Notes under the pieces: generated by a model
What the model saw: only the letters and a program-made list of their open reading frames with translations
Database searches by the model: none
What the model was told of the DNA's origin: nothing
Position numbers and translations under genes: made by a program
Part shown: positions 49,583-60,230 of the stretch, in pieces
Position numbering within the stretch: the first letter of the stretch is position 1
Layout: each line of letters begins with the position of its first letter
Assembly: GCA_965140415.1 (NCBI GenBank)
Contig: OZ223209.1
Location: forward strand, 3,296,001 to 3,360,000
Direction: 5' to 3'
DNA length: 64,000 bases
Source: Myxococcota bacterium
Lineage (GTDB): Bacteria; Myxococcota_A; SURF-8

Positions 49583-50290
49583 TTATTCGACTGCCAGCCC
49601 GAAGGCCGAGCAGTCCACGACGATCTTTCGCGGGAGTGGCTGCCCCAGCGCGTGCTTCTTCACCAGGATGGCCACCAACGCGCCGGTGAGCATGGAGTTG
49701 TAAATCACCGCCCGCGCCGTGCAGGGCAGCTGCATCGATTCTTCCGCCGGGTGCAGGGTTTCCTCATAGGCTTGCGCGCCCATCAGGTCGCCGTGGGACT
49801 TGGCGGTGTAGATCACGATGTACTCGCCGCCCTGGCGCGGATCGATGACGGTGACGGGACGTGATCGGCTGCCCTGGGCCTTGGCCTGCTCCCAGATCGT
49901 CCGGCGCGCCTCCATGTTGTCCACGCAGGAGATGATCAGGCGCTTGGGTTCGTCGCGACCGAGGGGCTGATCCGTGTACCGCTGGCGGAACTGGCCGGGT
50001 AGCAGGCCGGTGACACGGTAGACTTCAACACCCAGCGCCACGGCTTTGGGTTGGCCAATGTATTCCGCGCCATAGAGTTGATTGGGCTGGTTGTGCGGCT
50101 CGACCGTGTCGTCGTCGTAGATGTTGAGGTCCGTGCAGCCCATCTTGGCCAGGGCCAGCGCGGTGTAACTGCCGGAAGCCCCTGCGCCGATGATGGTGAT
50201 GGGGAAGTTCAGTTTGTCGGGATGGATAAGGTCGAGCTGGCGGTGAAACTGATTGTCTAAGGTCGTGCGGTCCATGTTGTTTCGGTCCAT
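49583..50290 (-). CDS. ThiF/E1-like adenylyltransferase
   Basis: RQLD, IIGAGASGS, DDDTVEPHN..NQ, KA, CVDNMEAR, LPCTAR. Confidence 0.85.
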   Translation of the reverse strand: MDRNNMDRTTLDNQFHRQLDLIHPDKLNFPITIIGAGASGSYTALALAKMGCTDLNIYDDDTVEPHNQPNQLYGAEYIGQPKAVALGVEVYRVTGLLPGQFRQRYTDQPLGRDEPKRLIISCVDNMEARRTIWEQAKAQGSRSRPVTVIDPRQGGEYIVIYTAKSHGDLMGAQAYEETLHPAEESMQLPCTARAVIYNSMLTGALVAILVKKHALGQPLPRKIVVDCSAFGLAVE

Positions 50291-50301
50291 GGTAAATCCT
50301 T

Positions 50302-50649
50302 TCAGTGGTTGCGCGTGATCTCCTGAATCTGGGAGAGCGGTTTGGGAGTGAAATGAATGTCGCGCTCGATGGCCTGCAGGCCGGGGATGCGCTGACCGTT
50401 GATGCGGGCTTCTAAAGATTCGAGTTCCTTCAGGCTGAAGTAACCGAGTTCACCGCAACCAGGAAGCACTTCAACCCAGCCAAAGCACGTATCACCGCCG
50501 TCGTGGTCGAACTCGGTCAGATACCAGACACCCTGACCATACGGATGGAAAAACTTGATGTGCGCGATGGCCTCCATGCCTTTGCCGTCCTGGGCGTACA
50601 AAGGCGGGATCGTCTTGCGAACGGACTGGGGAAGTAGCTTCTGTTTCAT
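50302..50649 (-). CDS. DUF2958-family protein
   Basis: PPLYAQD, KFFHP...WYLTE, FG....ELGYFSLKELE, IERD.HF; AGGAGG RBS. Confidence 0.85.
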   Translation of the reverse strand: MKQKLLPQSVRKTIPPLYAQDGKGMEAIAHIKFFHPYGQGVWYLTEFDHDGGDTCFGWVEVLPGCGELGYFSLKELESLEARINGQRIPGLQAIERDIHFTPKPLSQIQEITRNH

Positions 50650-50973
50650 GGGTTTACCTCCTTGTTTTTGGGAAAATGGGCGCACTTGCGCGGGACATCC
50701 GGGGGATGATTGGACAGGTGGCTGAAATGGTTGGGAAATTCAGGTTAGAATGGGTTGTCTGTCACTTCTCTTATGTCATTTTCCAGGTAAGATTTGCCAA
50801 ACAATCAATTTCCGATTTTCATTGTAAAGTCAGTCAGATAGAGTATGCTAAGAGTAGGATGCAATCGATAGTTTCGCTGTAGCTTGAGCTTTTGTTTACG
50901 GGTCGTAAATAATAGCAGTCGGCTACGTTGGCCAGGAGCGTTTAGCACCGCTCCGCAAAGGACAGGTGCGCAA

Positions 50974-53748
50974 ATGGCCAGGACAAAGAGGACGGACAGG
51001 AAAAGTGTAAAGACGAAAAAGCCGAAAGATGCTTCCACAGCCAATACGAAGATAGAACGATCTTCTAAAACAGTCTCCGTTGACATCCCCAAGGCTAAAC
51101 CTGAAAGCTCGGGTAAGAAAGCCCCCAAAACGACCAATCCAAAAGCGTCCGCCCTTCGCACTAAAGAAAGCAATAGCATCCACAACGATTCCCGCTCCTT
51201 CCCCATCGTCGGCATTGGCGCATCTGCCGGAGGATTGGAGGCTCTGGAGCAGTTTTTAGGCGGCGTGCCGAAGGATTGCTGGATGGCCTTCGTCATCGTG
51301 CAGCATCTGGATCCCGACCACAAGGGCATCATGCCCGAACTCCTGCAGCGCATCACGAAAATGAAGGTGCGCCAGGTCAAGGACCGCATGCCCGTCGAGC
51401 CGGATTGCGTGTACGTCATCCCTCCCAACCGGAACATGTCGATCCTGCACGGCGTACTGTACTTGCTTGAGCCCACCGCCCGGCGTGGACTGCGCCTGCC
51501 GATCGATTTCTTTCTGCGCTCGCTGGCCGACGACCAGCAGGACAACAGCATCGGGGTGATCCTTTCCGGCATGGGCTCGGACGGCACACTTGGCTTGCGG
51601 GCCATCAAGGAAAAGGCCGGGCTGGCGCTTGCGCAGGAGCCGGGATCGGCTAAGTTCGACGGCATGCCGCACAGCGCGATAGAAGCCGGACTGGCCGATA
51701 TTGTCGCGCCAGCCAACGAACTACCAGAAAAGATCATCGCCTATCTGAAACACGCACCATTGGTGAAAACCGGAGCGGCGACGGTCGTGGACGACAAGAC
51801 CCAGAGCTCGCTGGACAAGGTCGTGATCCTGCTGCGGTCGCGGACAGGCAACGATTTCTCGCATTACAAAAAAAGCACGCTGTACCGGCGCATCGAGCGG
51901 CGCATGGGTATTCACCAGATAATCAAAATCAACATGTATGTCCGCTATCTTCAAGAAAACCCGAATGAACTGGATCTGCTGTTCAAGGAACTGCTGATCG
52001 GCGTGACGAACTTCTTCCGCGATGCGGATGTCTGGGAGAAGCTGAAAACGGAGATCATCCCAGCGCTGTTGAAGAACCGGCGTACCGGACAGGCGCTCCG
52101 GGCCTGGGCGCCCGGCTGCTCGACGGGCGAGGAAGCCTACTCGCTGGCCATCGTGTTCAAGGAGGCGCTGGAAACGCTCAAGGTTAAAAACGGCTTTTCC
52201 TTGCAGGTTTTCGCCACCGACCTGGACCCGGACGCCATCGACAAGGCCCGGGCGGGCGCTTTTCCAGTTAACATCACTGCCGACGTCTCGCCGGAGCGGC
52301 TGGACCGCTTTTTCACGAAAGAAGAAGGTCGGTATCGGGTAAGCAAAGAGATACGCGAAATGGTGATCTTCGCCCCGCAGAACGTGATCATGGATCCTCC
52401 ATTTACCAAACTTGATATCCTCACCTGCCGCAACCTGCTGATTTATCTGAGCGCCGAGCTACAGAAAAAGCTGTTGCCACTGTTTCATTACAGCCTGAAT
52501 CCCGGCGGCGTACTGCTGCTTGGGAGTGCGGAGACCATCGGAAACTTCACGGATCGGTTTGCGCCGCTGGATAGCAGGCTGAAGTTGTATCAACGTCGGG
52601 AAAGCGCGCTGTCCGTCACGCCCGTTGAATTCCCATCCGCCTTTGTCGCTATGCCGAAAACTGCAACGGAGAAAGTCACTATGGGAACCCCCCCTGCCAA
52701 TCTAGAGTCCCTGGCCGAACAACTCATCCTGCAACGCTATTCCCCGGCGGCCGTGTTGGTGAACGCGCAGGGCGACATTCTGTACATCAGCACCCGGACG
52801 GGAAAATACCTGGAACCGCCGGTGGGCAAGGCCAATCTGAACATCTTCGCCATGGCGCGTGAAGGATTGCGCCACGAATTGTCCGGCGCTTTCAGCAAAG
52901 CACTCCGGCAAAAAGCCGACGTCATGATCCGAAACCTGAAAGTGGGAACCAACGGCGGAACGCAGGTCGTAGATCTGACCATTCAGCCGCTTTCGTCGCC
53001 GGAGGCGTTGAACGGGATGGCGTTGATTGTGTTCTCCGATGTCGCATCGCTTCCGCAGCAGAAAAGGTCAGGGCGCGCCAAATCCAAGCCGGTCGATGCC
53101 TCGCGGGTTGCGGAACTGGAGGAAGAGGCGCAACGGCTGCGCGAGGAGTTGCACAGCACGCGCGAGGAGATGCAGAGCTCGCACGAAGAATTGAAATCGG
53201 CCAACGAGGAGTTGCAATCGACGAATGAGGAATTGCAGTCCACCAACGAAGAATTGACCACCTCCAAAGAAGAGATGCAGTCGCTCAATGAAGAGTTGCA
53301 GACGGTCAACGCCGAATTGCAATCGAAGCTGGACGACCTTTCGCGGGCCAACAACGACATGACCAACCTGCTCAACAGCACGGAAATCGCCACAGTATTT
53401 TTGGACGGCAAACTGAATGTACGGCGCTTCACCGAACCGGCGACCAAAATCATCAAGCTGATTCCGGGCGATGTGGGGCGTCCGTTGAGTGATCTTGTCA
53501 CCGACCTGAACTACACGGATTTGTCGGACGATGCTCACGATGTGTTACGGACCCTGGTGTTTTCGGAAAAACAGGTCGCCACCAGCGATGGGCGCTGGTT
53601 TACGGTGCGCATCATGCCGTACCGCACGACGGATAACGTCATCGACGGGCTGGTCATCACTTTCCTTGATATCAGCGCGGCAAAAGAACTTGAGACCAGA
53701 CTGCGGGAGAATTCCTCAGCAGGAGCGGCGAAGGGGTCCAAACCATGA
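50974..53748 (+). CDS. CheB/CheR fusion protein with coiled coil and PAS
   Basis: GASAGG, VQHL, GMGSDG; GCSTGEE, CRNLLIY; NEELQSTNEEL repeats; C-terminal PAS. Confidence 0.93.
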   Translation: MARTKRTDRKSVKTKKPKDASTANTKIERSSKTVSVDIPKAKPESSGKKAPKTTNPKASALRTKESNSIHNDSRSFPIVGIGASAGGLEALEQFLGGVPKDCWMAFVIVQHLDPDHKGIMPELLQRITKMKVRQVKDRMPVEPDCVYVIPPNRNMSILHGVLYLLEPTARRGLRLPIDFFLRSLADDQQDNSIGVILSGMGSDGTLGLRAIKEKAGLALAQEPGSAKFDGMPHSAIEAGLADIVAPANELPEKIIAYLKHAPLVKTGAATVVDDKTQSSLDKVVILLRSRTGNDFSHYKKSTLYRRIERRMGIHQIIKINMYVRYLQENPNELDLLFKELLIGVTNFFRDADVWEKLKTEIIPALLKNRRTGQALRAWAPGCSTGEEAYSLAIVFKEALETLKVKNGFSLQVFATDLDPDAIDKARAGAFPVNITADVSPERLDRFFTKEEGRYRVSKEIREMVIFAPQNVIMDPPFTKLDILTCRNLLIYLSAELQKKLLPLFHYSLNPGGVLLLGSAETIGNFTDRFAPLDSRLKLYQRRESALSVTPVEFPSAFVAMPKTATEKVTMGTPPANLESLAEQLILQRYSPAAVLVNAQGDILYISTRTGKYLEPPVGKANLNIFAMAREGLRHELSGAFSKALRQKADVMIRNLKVGTNGGTQVVDLTIQPLSSPEALNGMALIVFSDVASLPQQKRSGRAKSKPVDASRVAELEEEAQRLREELHSTREEMQSSHEELKSANEELQSTNEELQSTNEELTTSKEEMQSLNEELQTVNAELQSKLDDLSRANNDMTNLLNSTEIATVFLDGKLNVRRFTEPATKIIKLIPGDVGRPLSDLVTDLNYTDLSDDAHDVLRTLVFSEKQVATSDGRWFTVRIMPYRTTDNVIDGLVITFLDISAAKELETRLRENSSAGAAKGSKP

Positions 53749-55478
53749 CCAATAAGAAAAAAACAATATTGGACCCAGTCGAGCTTCGCCGCCGGGCAGA
53801 AGACAAACTAAAAGAAAAGACAAGCGCCTCGACCCCATCGGAGGAAGCGGATGTCCGCAAGCTCCTCCATGAAATGCAAGTCCATCAGATTGAACTGGAG
53901 TTGCAGAACGAGGAGCTTCGGGCGGCGCAACAGGAACTGGAAGCAACCCGCGACCGATATGCCGATCTCTACGATTTTGCGCCGGTGGGTTATTGCACCC
54001 TCGATGAAAAGGGCATCATCCTGGAAGCCAACCTGACCGCCGCCACCTTGCTCGGCGTGGAGCGAGGCAAGCTGATCAAGCAACCGATCACGCGTTTCAT
54101 CCTCAAAGCCGACCAGAATATGTATTATCATCACAGGCAGCAGCTATTCGATACCGGCGAACCACAGTCCTGCGAACTCCGGATGTTGAAACAGGATGGG
54201 ACGGAGTTCTGGGGAAATCTGTCGGGAAGCATCAGCCTCGACGCAGATGAGTCTCCCGTATATCGCATATCGATAAACGACATCACCGAACGTAAACGGA
54301 TTGACCAGCAGATCCACTATCTCAAGAAAGCCGAAAGTCTGAAACGCATGGCGGGCGCCATCGCCCACCGTTACAATAATTTGATGACCGCAGTGATGGG
54401 GAATCTTGAGCTGACTCTGGATAATTTATCGAAGGATTCCAACCTTCGTGAACAACTGACGGAAGCCATGGGTGCGGCCCGAAGTGCATCCGATCTGGGC
54501 GGTACGATGTTGGCGTACCTGGGCCAGACGGTGGCTCTGCGTCTACCGCTGGACCTTTGCGACATCTGCCATCAGGAGCTTCCCTCGGTTAAGACCGCTT
54601 TGCCGGAAAACGTGGCATTGAAGACCGATCTACCCACCATTGGGCCGTCGATTATGGCAAACTCATCCCAGATTCGACAAATCCTTCACAACCTGATCGT
54701 CAATGCATGGGAATCGCTGGAAGGTCAGCCGGGCGAGATATTCCTCGTCGTCAAAACCGTTCGCCCGACTGACATACCTGTTATCAACCGACTGCCGATC
54801 GATTTCCTGATTGAAGACGCTGATTACGCCTGCCTGGAGATTGCGGACACCGGATGCGGGATACCGGAAAAGGTATACGAAAACATCTTTGATCCTTTCT
54901 TTACGACCAAATTTGCCGGTCGTGGACTGGGTCTGGCCGTTGCACTCAGCGCCATCAGGGTTCATGGCGGCTGCATCACTTCGACAAGCACAGAAAAGCG
55001 CGGGAGCGTTTTCCGTGTGTTTCTGCCGATGACGATCGAGCCGGTCCTTCGCCCCGAGGAGGACTCCTTGCGGAAAGCGACGGCCTTGAGCGATGGAGGA
55101 ACCGTGTTGTTCATTGACGACCAGCCAGCGGCTCGACGTATCGGTTCCATCATGCTCAAGCGTCTCGGCTTCAAGGCTATTGAAGCTGAAGACGGCATCC
55201 AGGCCATTGAACTCTTCAGGGAGTGTCAGGACGAAATCCGTTGTGTATTGTCCGATCTGACCATGCCCCGGATGAACGGTTGGGAGACATTGGAGGCGTT
55301 ACGCCGAATAGCACCCAACATCCCGGTCATTCTGACCAGTGGGTATGACCAAACCCATGTGCTGAAAGGAATGCATCCCGAAATGCCGCAAGCATTCCTG
55401 CATAAGCCGTATCTAGCGGCTGATCTGAAAATCGCGCTGGTCAAAGCGTTGTCTTTGAATAACCTGCCTGAGAAATAG
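53745..55478 (+). CDS. Hybrid PAS sensor histidine kinase / receiver
   Basis: [48 protein letters not shown]. Confidence 0.9.
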   Translation: MTNKKKTILDPVELRRRAEDKLKEKTSASTPSEEADVRKLLHEMQVHQIELELQNEELRAAQQELEATRDRYADLYDFAPVGYCTLDEKGIILEANLTAATLLGVERGKLIKQPITRFILKADQNMYYHHRQQLFDTGEPQSCELRMLKQDGTEFWGNLSGSISLDADESPVYRISINDITERKRIDQQIHYLKKAESLKRMAGAIAHRYNNLMTAVMGNLELTLDNLSKDSNLREQLTEAMGAARSASDLGGTMLAYLGQTVALRLPLDLCDICHQELPSVKTALPENVALKTDLPTIGPSIMANSSQIRQILHNLIVNAWESLEGQPGEIFLVVKTVRPTDIPVINRLPIDFLIEDADYACLEIADTGCGIPEKVYENIFDPFFTTKFAGRGLGLAVALSAIRVHGGCITSTSTEKRGSVFRVFLPMTIEPVLRPEEDSLRKATALSDGGTVLFIDDQPAARRIGSIMLKRLGFKAIEAEDGIQAIELFRECQDEIRCVLSDLTMPRMNGWETLEALRRIAPNIPVILTSGYDQTHVLKGMHPEMPQAFLHKPYLAADLKIALVKALSLNNLPEK

Positions 55479-55578
55479 CCATGACAAGAAGGAGCCGAAA
55501 GGCAACACTGCCGAACTCTATTGCCAAGCAAAATGTGGTTGGAAAGTAGGTCGAACGGAGATCAATCTTTTTTCCGGG

Positions 55579-56229
55579 TCATTTCTTTCGTTTCTTCAAA
55601 GCTTCTTTGAGTTTCACAACTTGCCGTTCAAGATCATCATGAGAGCGTTGAAGGTTCTCCTCGGCCTGTCGTCGAAGAGTGATGTCCCTGATAATCATTC
55701 GGTATTGACTGATTGTGTCAGTTTCGGTGACGGGAGCACACAGCAATTCAGCGACAAACGAAGTCCCATCTTTTCTCTGGATTCGGACATCGCAGGACTG
55801 GGACGCACCCGTTGAGAATACGATTCTATGACATTGAAGAAACGCGGCCTGATCGTCTTTCAAAATGAAACGATGGAATGGCTTCCCGAGGAAAGCGAGC
55901 CGCCCGACACCCAGCATACCCGCGCTCTTCAGGTTGGCTTCATCGACGATCCCGTCCCGGTTGATCGTTAAATACCCGACCGGAGAGAAGTGATACAATT
56001 CCTCGAATTTGTTGCGGGCGGTTTCAAGTTCTGCCTGGGTATTCAAAAGCTCCTGATTCTGCATCTCCAACTCGATCTGGTGAACTTTCAGTTCGTGCAG
56101 CAGGCGCTGCATTTCCTCGAAGGACACGAGAGCATCCGGCTTTTCCGAGGACTTCCGGCGCGCTAGCTTCTTCTCCGCCTTTTGCCGTAATTCGGCAGTT
56201 GTCTTCACATCGGAATTATTTCTTTTCAT
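55579..56229 (-). CDS. Coiled-coil + PAS protein without kinase (paralog of the kinase N-terminus)
   Basis: LLHELKVHQIELEMQNQEL...FSPVGYLT; stops after the PAS domain. Confidence 0.75.
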   Translation of the reverse strand: MKRNNSDVKTTAELRQKAEKKLARRKSSEKPDALVSFEEMQRLLHELKVHQIELEMQNQELLNTQAELETARNKFEELYHFSPVGYLTINRDGIVDEANLKSAGMLGVGRLAFLGKPFHRFILKDDQAAFLQCHRIVFSTGASQSCDVRIQRKDGTSFVAELLCAPVTETDTISQYRMIIRDITLRRQAEENLQRSHDDLERQVVKLKEALKKRKK

Positions 56230-56380
56230 GAATCTACCTTCATCCAATATTCCTTATTTCTATTCCTGTCAGCCAACGAAATGACAAGTAAACCCATTAT
56301 ATACAAAATAATAGTGCATACATAATCATCATGATTCAAATAACAAATGCCCGAGCAGCCATGAAAGCAGTTTTCAGCAT

Positions 56381-57364
56381 TCAGCGACTAACGCTTTTAA
56401 TAATTGCCTGAAACGAGTTGATCTTTGCACGGAAATATTCAGTTGATCTTGGTTCTTCAGAAATAGTTCTCTCCAATGGCTCTATTCTGCGATTCCTTTT
56501 CGATTTCGGTTTCTGAAAGCGGGCTGGCGGACGCTCCGGATCGTCAAAATAGGCGATCAAGTCGTTTGCGAACAGATTGGGAACATCGAGTTGTGCATAA
56601 TGGCCGCATCCTGGATAGGTCGTGAGAGTAATGCCCTCCGACCGCGCTACGGTCTCCTCGCCATGCCGGACCGGGATAAAGGGGTCTTTCGCTCCCCAGA
56701 ATAACGCGACAGGAGGCATCTCTGCGATCTCATGAGCCCGTTGAATCGTCTGCATATACTGACCGAATATATTGATGACACCTTCAAGGGTACGCTGAAA
56801 GGCGCGATCCGTACCGGGAATGCGGATCATTCGCAAGAAGAGTTCCTGTTCTTCCCGCTCCATATGTCCGTACAATTGAGGGGCGTATCGCAGAGCAAGC
56901 GGAACGGCGATGTGTAGCAGTCTGGGGGCTAATACTTTGCCAAGTACGGGAAAGAATGCCAGACGCATGCCCGGCGCCACGGCGCGGCCAAGCCCGCCTG
57001 ACGAAACGAGGGCCAAACGATCTACCTTTGGTCGGTGATCGAGGAGTAACCATTGCGCGACCCCGCCTCCATAGGAATGGCCACACACATGGGCGGTTTG
57101 GACTCCTATGGCTTCCATCCACGCAGCCACCATTCCGGCATGCCATTCCAGCGTGTAAGGAGCATCCGGTCGTCCCGATAACCCATGACCGGGAAGATCC
57201 GGCATCAATACGCGGAAATTCATGGCAAGCAACGGAGCAACGCGACGCCAGGTGCGGTGAGAATCGTAAAGTCCATGAAGGAGAACCAGGGGATAACCGG
57301 AACCCATTTCACCCCATGCAATGGATACACCATCAACATCTGTATTATGCAGTATCTGTTTCAT
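56381..57364 (-). CDS. Alpha/beta hydrolase
   Basis: LLHG, DLPGHG, GHSYGG, WGAKD, CGH. Confidence 0.9.
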   Translation of the reverse strand: MKQILHNTDVDGVSIAWGEMGSGYPLVLLHGLYDSHRTWRRVAPLLAMNFRVLMPDLPGHGLSGRPDAPYTLEWHAGMVAAWMEAIGVQTAHVCGHSYGGGVAQWLLLDHRPKVDRLALVSSGGLGRAVAPGMRLAFFPVLGKVLAPRLLHIAVPLALRYAPQLYGHMEREEQELFLRMIRIPGTDRAFQRTLEGVINIFGQYMQTIQRAHEIAEMPPVALFWGAKDPFIPVRHGEETVARSEGITLTTYPGCGHYAQLDVPNLFANDLIAYFDDPERPPARFQKPKSKRNRRIEPLERTISEEPRSTEYFRAKINSFQAIIKSVSR

Positions 57365-57523
57365 GGGCCATTCCTATCATCGTCATGATTGTTTTCTTTA
57401 ACAGGATTCTCCAGAACACAAAGCTTAACTTGCCATCAAGTGTCATCATAAACTATTACATATCATTTGACTATTAGGAAGATTCGGCTTGTATCTTTGA
57501 GATTATGAAAGTATTATCGACTC

Positions 57524-58441
57524 ATGGAATGGATCAACTACCATCATCTCCTTTACTTCTGGACTGTTGCGAAGGAAGGAAGCATTGTCAAGGCAAGCGA
57601 GGTGCTTCGCCTGGCGCAGCCGACGATCAGCGGCCAGATCAAGCGTTTCGAAGAGGTTCTTGGGGAAAAGCTATTTGAAAAAAAAGGCCGCAATCTGGTT
57701 CTGACCGAGATTGGCCGTCTGGTATTCCGCTATGCCGATGAGATTTTCACCCTCGGGAGAGAGATGCAGGATGTGTTACAGGGCCGTCCTACCAATCGAC
57801 CGCCTAAAATGGTTATTGGGATTTCAAGCTCCTTTCCTCGGCTGATTGCTCACATGCTGCTGGCTCCGACGATCGAACAGCTAGGTCCGATCAATCTCGT
57901 TTGCAGAGAAGACAAGCCGAAACTATTATTGGCCGAACTGGCTATTCACAATCTCGATCTTGTTTTATCAGATGCTCCGATGGATCCGTCCATCAGAGTC
58001 AAAGCTTATAATCACTTGTTGGGAAAATGCGGACTTACCATTTTTGGAACCGGCGAAATGGTCAAGCGGTACAAGCGAAGTTTTCCGCAGTCCCTTGACG
58101 GCGCTCCGTTTCTTTTACCAACGGAGAATACCGTAATCAGGCAATCCATGGACCAGTGGTTTCTTTCTCGGGAAATCCACCCGCAAATCGTCGGTGAATT
58201 TGAAGACAGCATCCTTTTGAAAGTATTCGCAGAATCAGGCATGGGGCTTTTCGCTGCACCAAGCGTCATAACAAATGAATTGCAGAAACGATATAAAGTC
58301 CGCCCAGTCGGAACGCTGGATGAAGTGCGTGTGCAGTTTTATGCGGTTTCGGTGGAAAAGAAACTAAAGCATCCCGTCCTTGTCGCGATCAACGAAGAAG
58401 CCCGAAAAAAGATATTCGGGAACGGAAACTCGGACCTTTAA
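57524..58441 (+). CDS. nhaR: LysR-family regulator, NhaR-like
   Basis: MEWINYHHLLYFWTVAKEGSI, QPTISGQI, GEFEDS.LLK. Confidence 0.88.
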   Translation: MEWINYHHLLYFWTVAKEGSIVKASEVLRLAQPTISGQIKRFEEVLGEKLFEKKGRNLVLTEIGRLVFRYADEIFTLGREMQDVLQGRPTNRPPKMVIGISSSFPRLIAHMLLAPTIEQLGPINLVCREDKPKLLLAELAIHNLDLVLSDAPMDPSIRVKAYNHLLGKCGLTIFGTGEMVKRYKRSFPQSLDGAPFLLPTENTVIRQSMDQWFLSREIHPQIVGEFEDSILLKVFAESGMGLFAAPSVITNELQKRYKVRPVGTLDEVRVQFYAVSVEKKLKHPVLVAINEEARKKIFGNGNSDL

Positions 58442-58459
58442 AAAACATAGGCATTGAGA

Positions 58460-59431
58460 ATGAAAAAGATTGCAGTACTGACGAGCGGGGGCGATGCACC
58501 GGGCATGAATGCGGCGATCAGGGCGGTAGTTCGGGCTAGTGATGACAGGAAGTATGAGGTTTTCGGGATCAAGAGCGGTTTCGCCGGTCTCATCGAAAAT
58601 GATTTCGTAAAGCTTGGACCTCGTGATGTAGGCGGCGTTGTCCAATTGGGTGGCACGCTGTTGGGGAGTGCACGCTGCCCGGAATTCAAGACTGATGCAG
58701 GCCAGCTCAAAGCTCTTGAAAACCTGCATCGACGCGGCATAGACGGGCTTGTAGTCATCGGAGGAAACGGTTCCCAAACCGGTTCTTACGCGCTGGTTCA
58801 GCGAAGCTTTCCCGTAGTGGGAATCGCGTCCACCATAGACAACGATCTGGCGGGCAGTGATATCACCATCGGGGTGGATACCGCGCTGGCCGTCGCCTTG
58901 GAGGCCATCGATCGTCTGAAAGTAACAGCCTCTTCTCATCGCCGGGCTTTTTTGGTCGAGGTCATGGGACGCAATTGCGGCTATTTGGCCTTGGCGGCGG
59001 CAATAGCTGGAGGAGCGGAATCGGTAGTAATTCCCGAAGCAGAGGTTACGCCGGAAGCTGTTGCCAAAGAGCTTTCGGATGCGTACAAGCGCGGCAAGCC
59101 CCATGCATTGGTTGTAATATCAGAGGGTGCACGTCACCGGGCATCGGACATCGCTAGGTATGTAGAGGCTAATCGACACGAACTCGGGTTCGGGGTCAGA
59201 ACAACCACGCTGGGGCACGTTCAGAGAGGCGGCGCGCCCGGTCCCTTTGACCGCCTTCTCGGCAGTCGTTTCGGTCTGGCCGCCGTGGATATGCTGGCAG
59301 AAAACAATCCCGGCGTTCTGGTGGGTTTGTTAGGAGGCGTTGTCACAGCTACGCCTCTGGCTGAGGTGGCGGGACAATCCAAACCACTGGACCAGGAATT
59401 GCTGCGCATGGCTCCGATATTGGCGAGGTGA
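58460..59431 (+). CDS. pfkA: 6-phosphofructokinase
   Basis: VLTSGGDAPGMNA, GGNGS, TIDND, EVMGR, LGHVQRGG. Confidence 0.92.
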   Translation: MKKIAVLTSGGDAPGMNAAIRAVVRASDDRKYEVFGIKSGFAGLIENDFVKLGPRDVGGVVQLGGTLLGSARCPEFKTDAGQLKALENLHRRGIDGLVVIGGNGSQTGSYALVQRSFPVVGIASTIDNDLAGSDITIGVDTALAVALEAIDRLKVTASSHRRAFLVEVMGRNCGYLALAAAIAGGAESVVIPEAEVTPEAVAKELSDAYKRGKPHALVVISEGARHRASDIARYVEANRHELGFGVRTTTLGHVQRGGAPGPFDRLLGSRFGLAAVDMLAENNPGVLVGLLGGVVTATPLAEVAGQSKPLDQELLRMAPILAR

Positions 59432-59456
59432 GTTTCGCCGTTCGCTCCGATCTTCG

Positions 59457-59582
59457 TTACTCCGTAAAAATGGAGACGTTCTTCGTTTTCTCTTTTTCCT
59501 TCTTTTTGTTTTTCTTCTCTTTCTGTGTGAGTTTGGGTTTATTAATCTTATCTTGTCTTTTCTTTTGATCTTTATTTGACAT
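59457..59582 (-). CDS. 41-aa lysine-rich small protein (not in ORF track)
   Basis: MSNKDQKKRQDKINKPKLTQKEKKTKKKEKEKTKNVSIFTE; AAGGA RBS. Confidence 0.55.
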   Translation of the reverse strand: MSNKDQKKRQDKINKPKLTQKEKKNKKKEKEKTKNVSIFTE

Positions 59583-59653
59583 CTGTTTGTATCCTTTCGC
59601 AGTGTTTCAGATTGTTACAACCTCAAGCTTTCACGATTCTCATTCGCCTGTAA

Positions 59654-59764
59654 TTACCTAGTAATGGAAATGATCAGCCAGACTGCCATAACAAGAAAAG
59701 GTGCTATTACTATCGTAGATACGGCAACAATCGCTTTTTTCGTTATAGCGGACTTGATTTTCAT
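59654..59764 (-). CDS. 36-aa single-TM small protein (not in ORF track)
   Basis: MKIKSAITKKAIVAVSTIVIAPFLVMAVWLIISITR; GGAG RBS. Confidence 0.4.
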   Translation of the reverse strand: MKIKSAITKKAIVAVSTIVIAPFLVMAVWLIISITR

Positions 59765-60016
59765 GATTCATCTCCATTTTTATTGTAAGTACAACACATC
59801 TGCTATACTAAACTATAGGTTATGGAATTATTCCAAGTATCCAAAACAGGATGGAAAACGTTACTATCATTAAAATCGATGACATGTTTTTATCCTTTCG
59901 CGGTTCAGTTCACGTCAGTCATGGAACGAGGCCGCAATCTTCTCCTTGCATTGATCTTCCCCTGCAAAGCTTTTATCCTTTTCCGGGGAAGATCATACCG
60001 TTTCGTCCGTTCAGGA

Positions 60017-60211
60017 TCATTTCAGATGAAGCTTATCAAGTTTCTCGATGATCGCCTCTTTGGTGTCTCCAAACTTCTCCTGGATGATGCCGTAGAGCTT
60101 GTCTGCGGAGCCTTCCGCCTTCTTGAAGTCATCGTCCGTGAGTTCGCCCCAGGCTTTCTTCGCTCTTCCCCTGATCTGATCCCACTTGCCTTTCACTTGG
60201 TCCTGGTTCAT
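60017..60211 (-). CDS. CsbD-family stress protein
   Basis: MNQDQVKGKWDQIRGRAKKAWGELTDDD. Confidence 0.9.
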   Translation of the reverse strand: MNQDQVKGKWDQIRGRAKKAWGELTDDDFKKAEGSADKLYGIIQEKFGDTKEAIIEKLDKLHLK

Positions 60212-60230
60212 TTGATTCTCCTTTTCTAAT

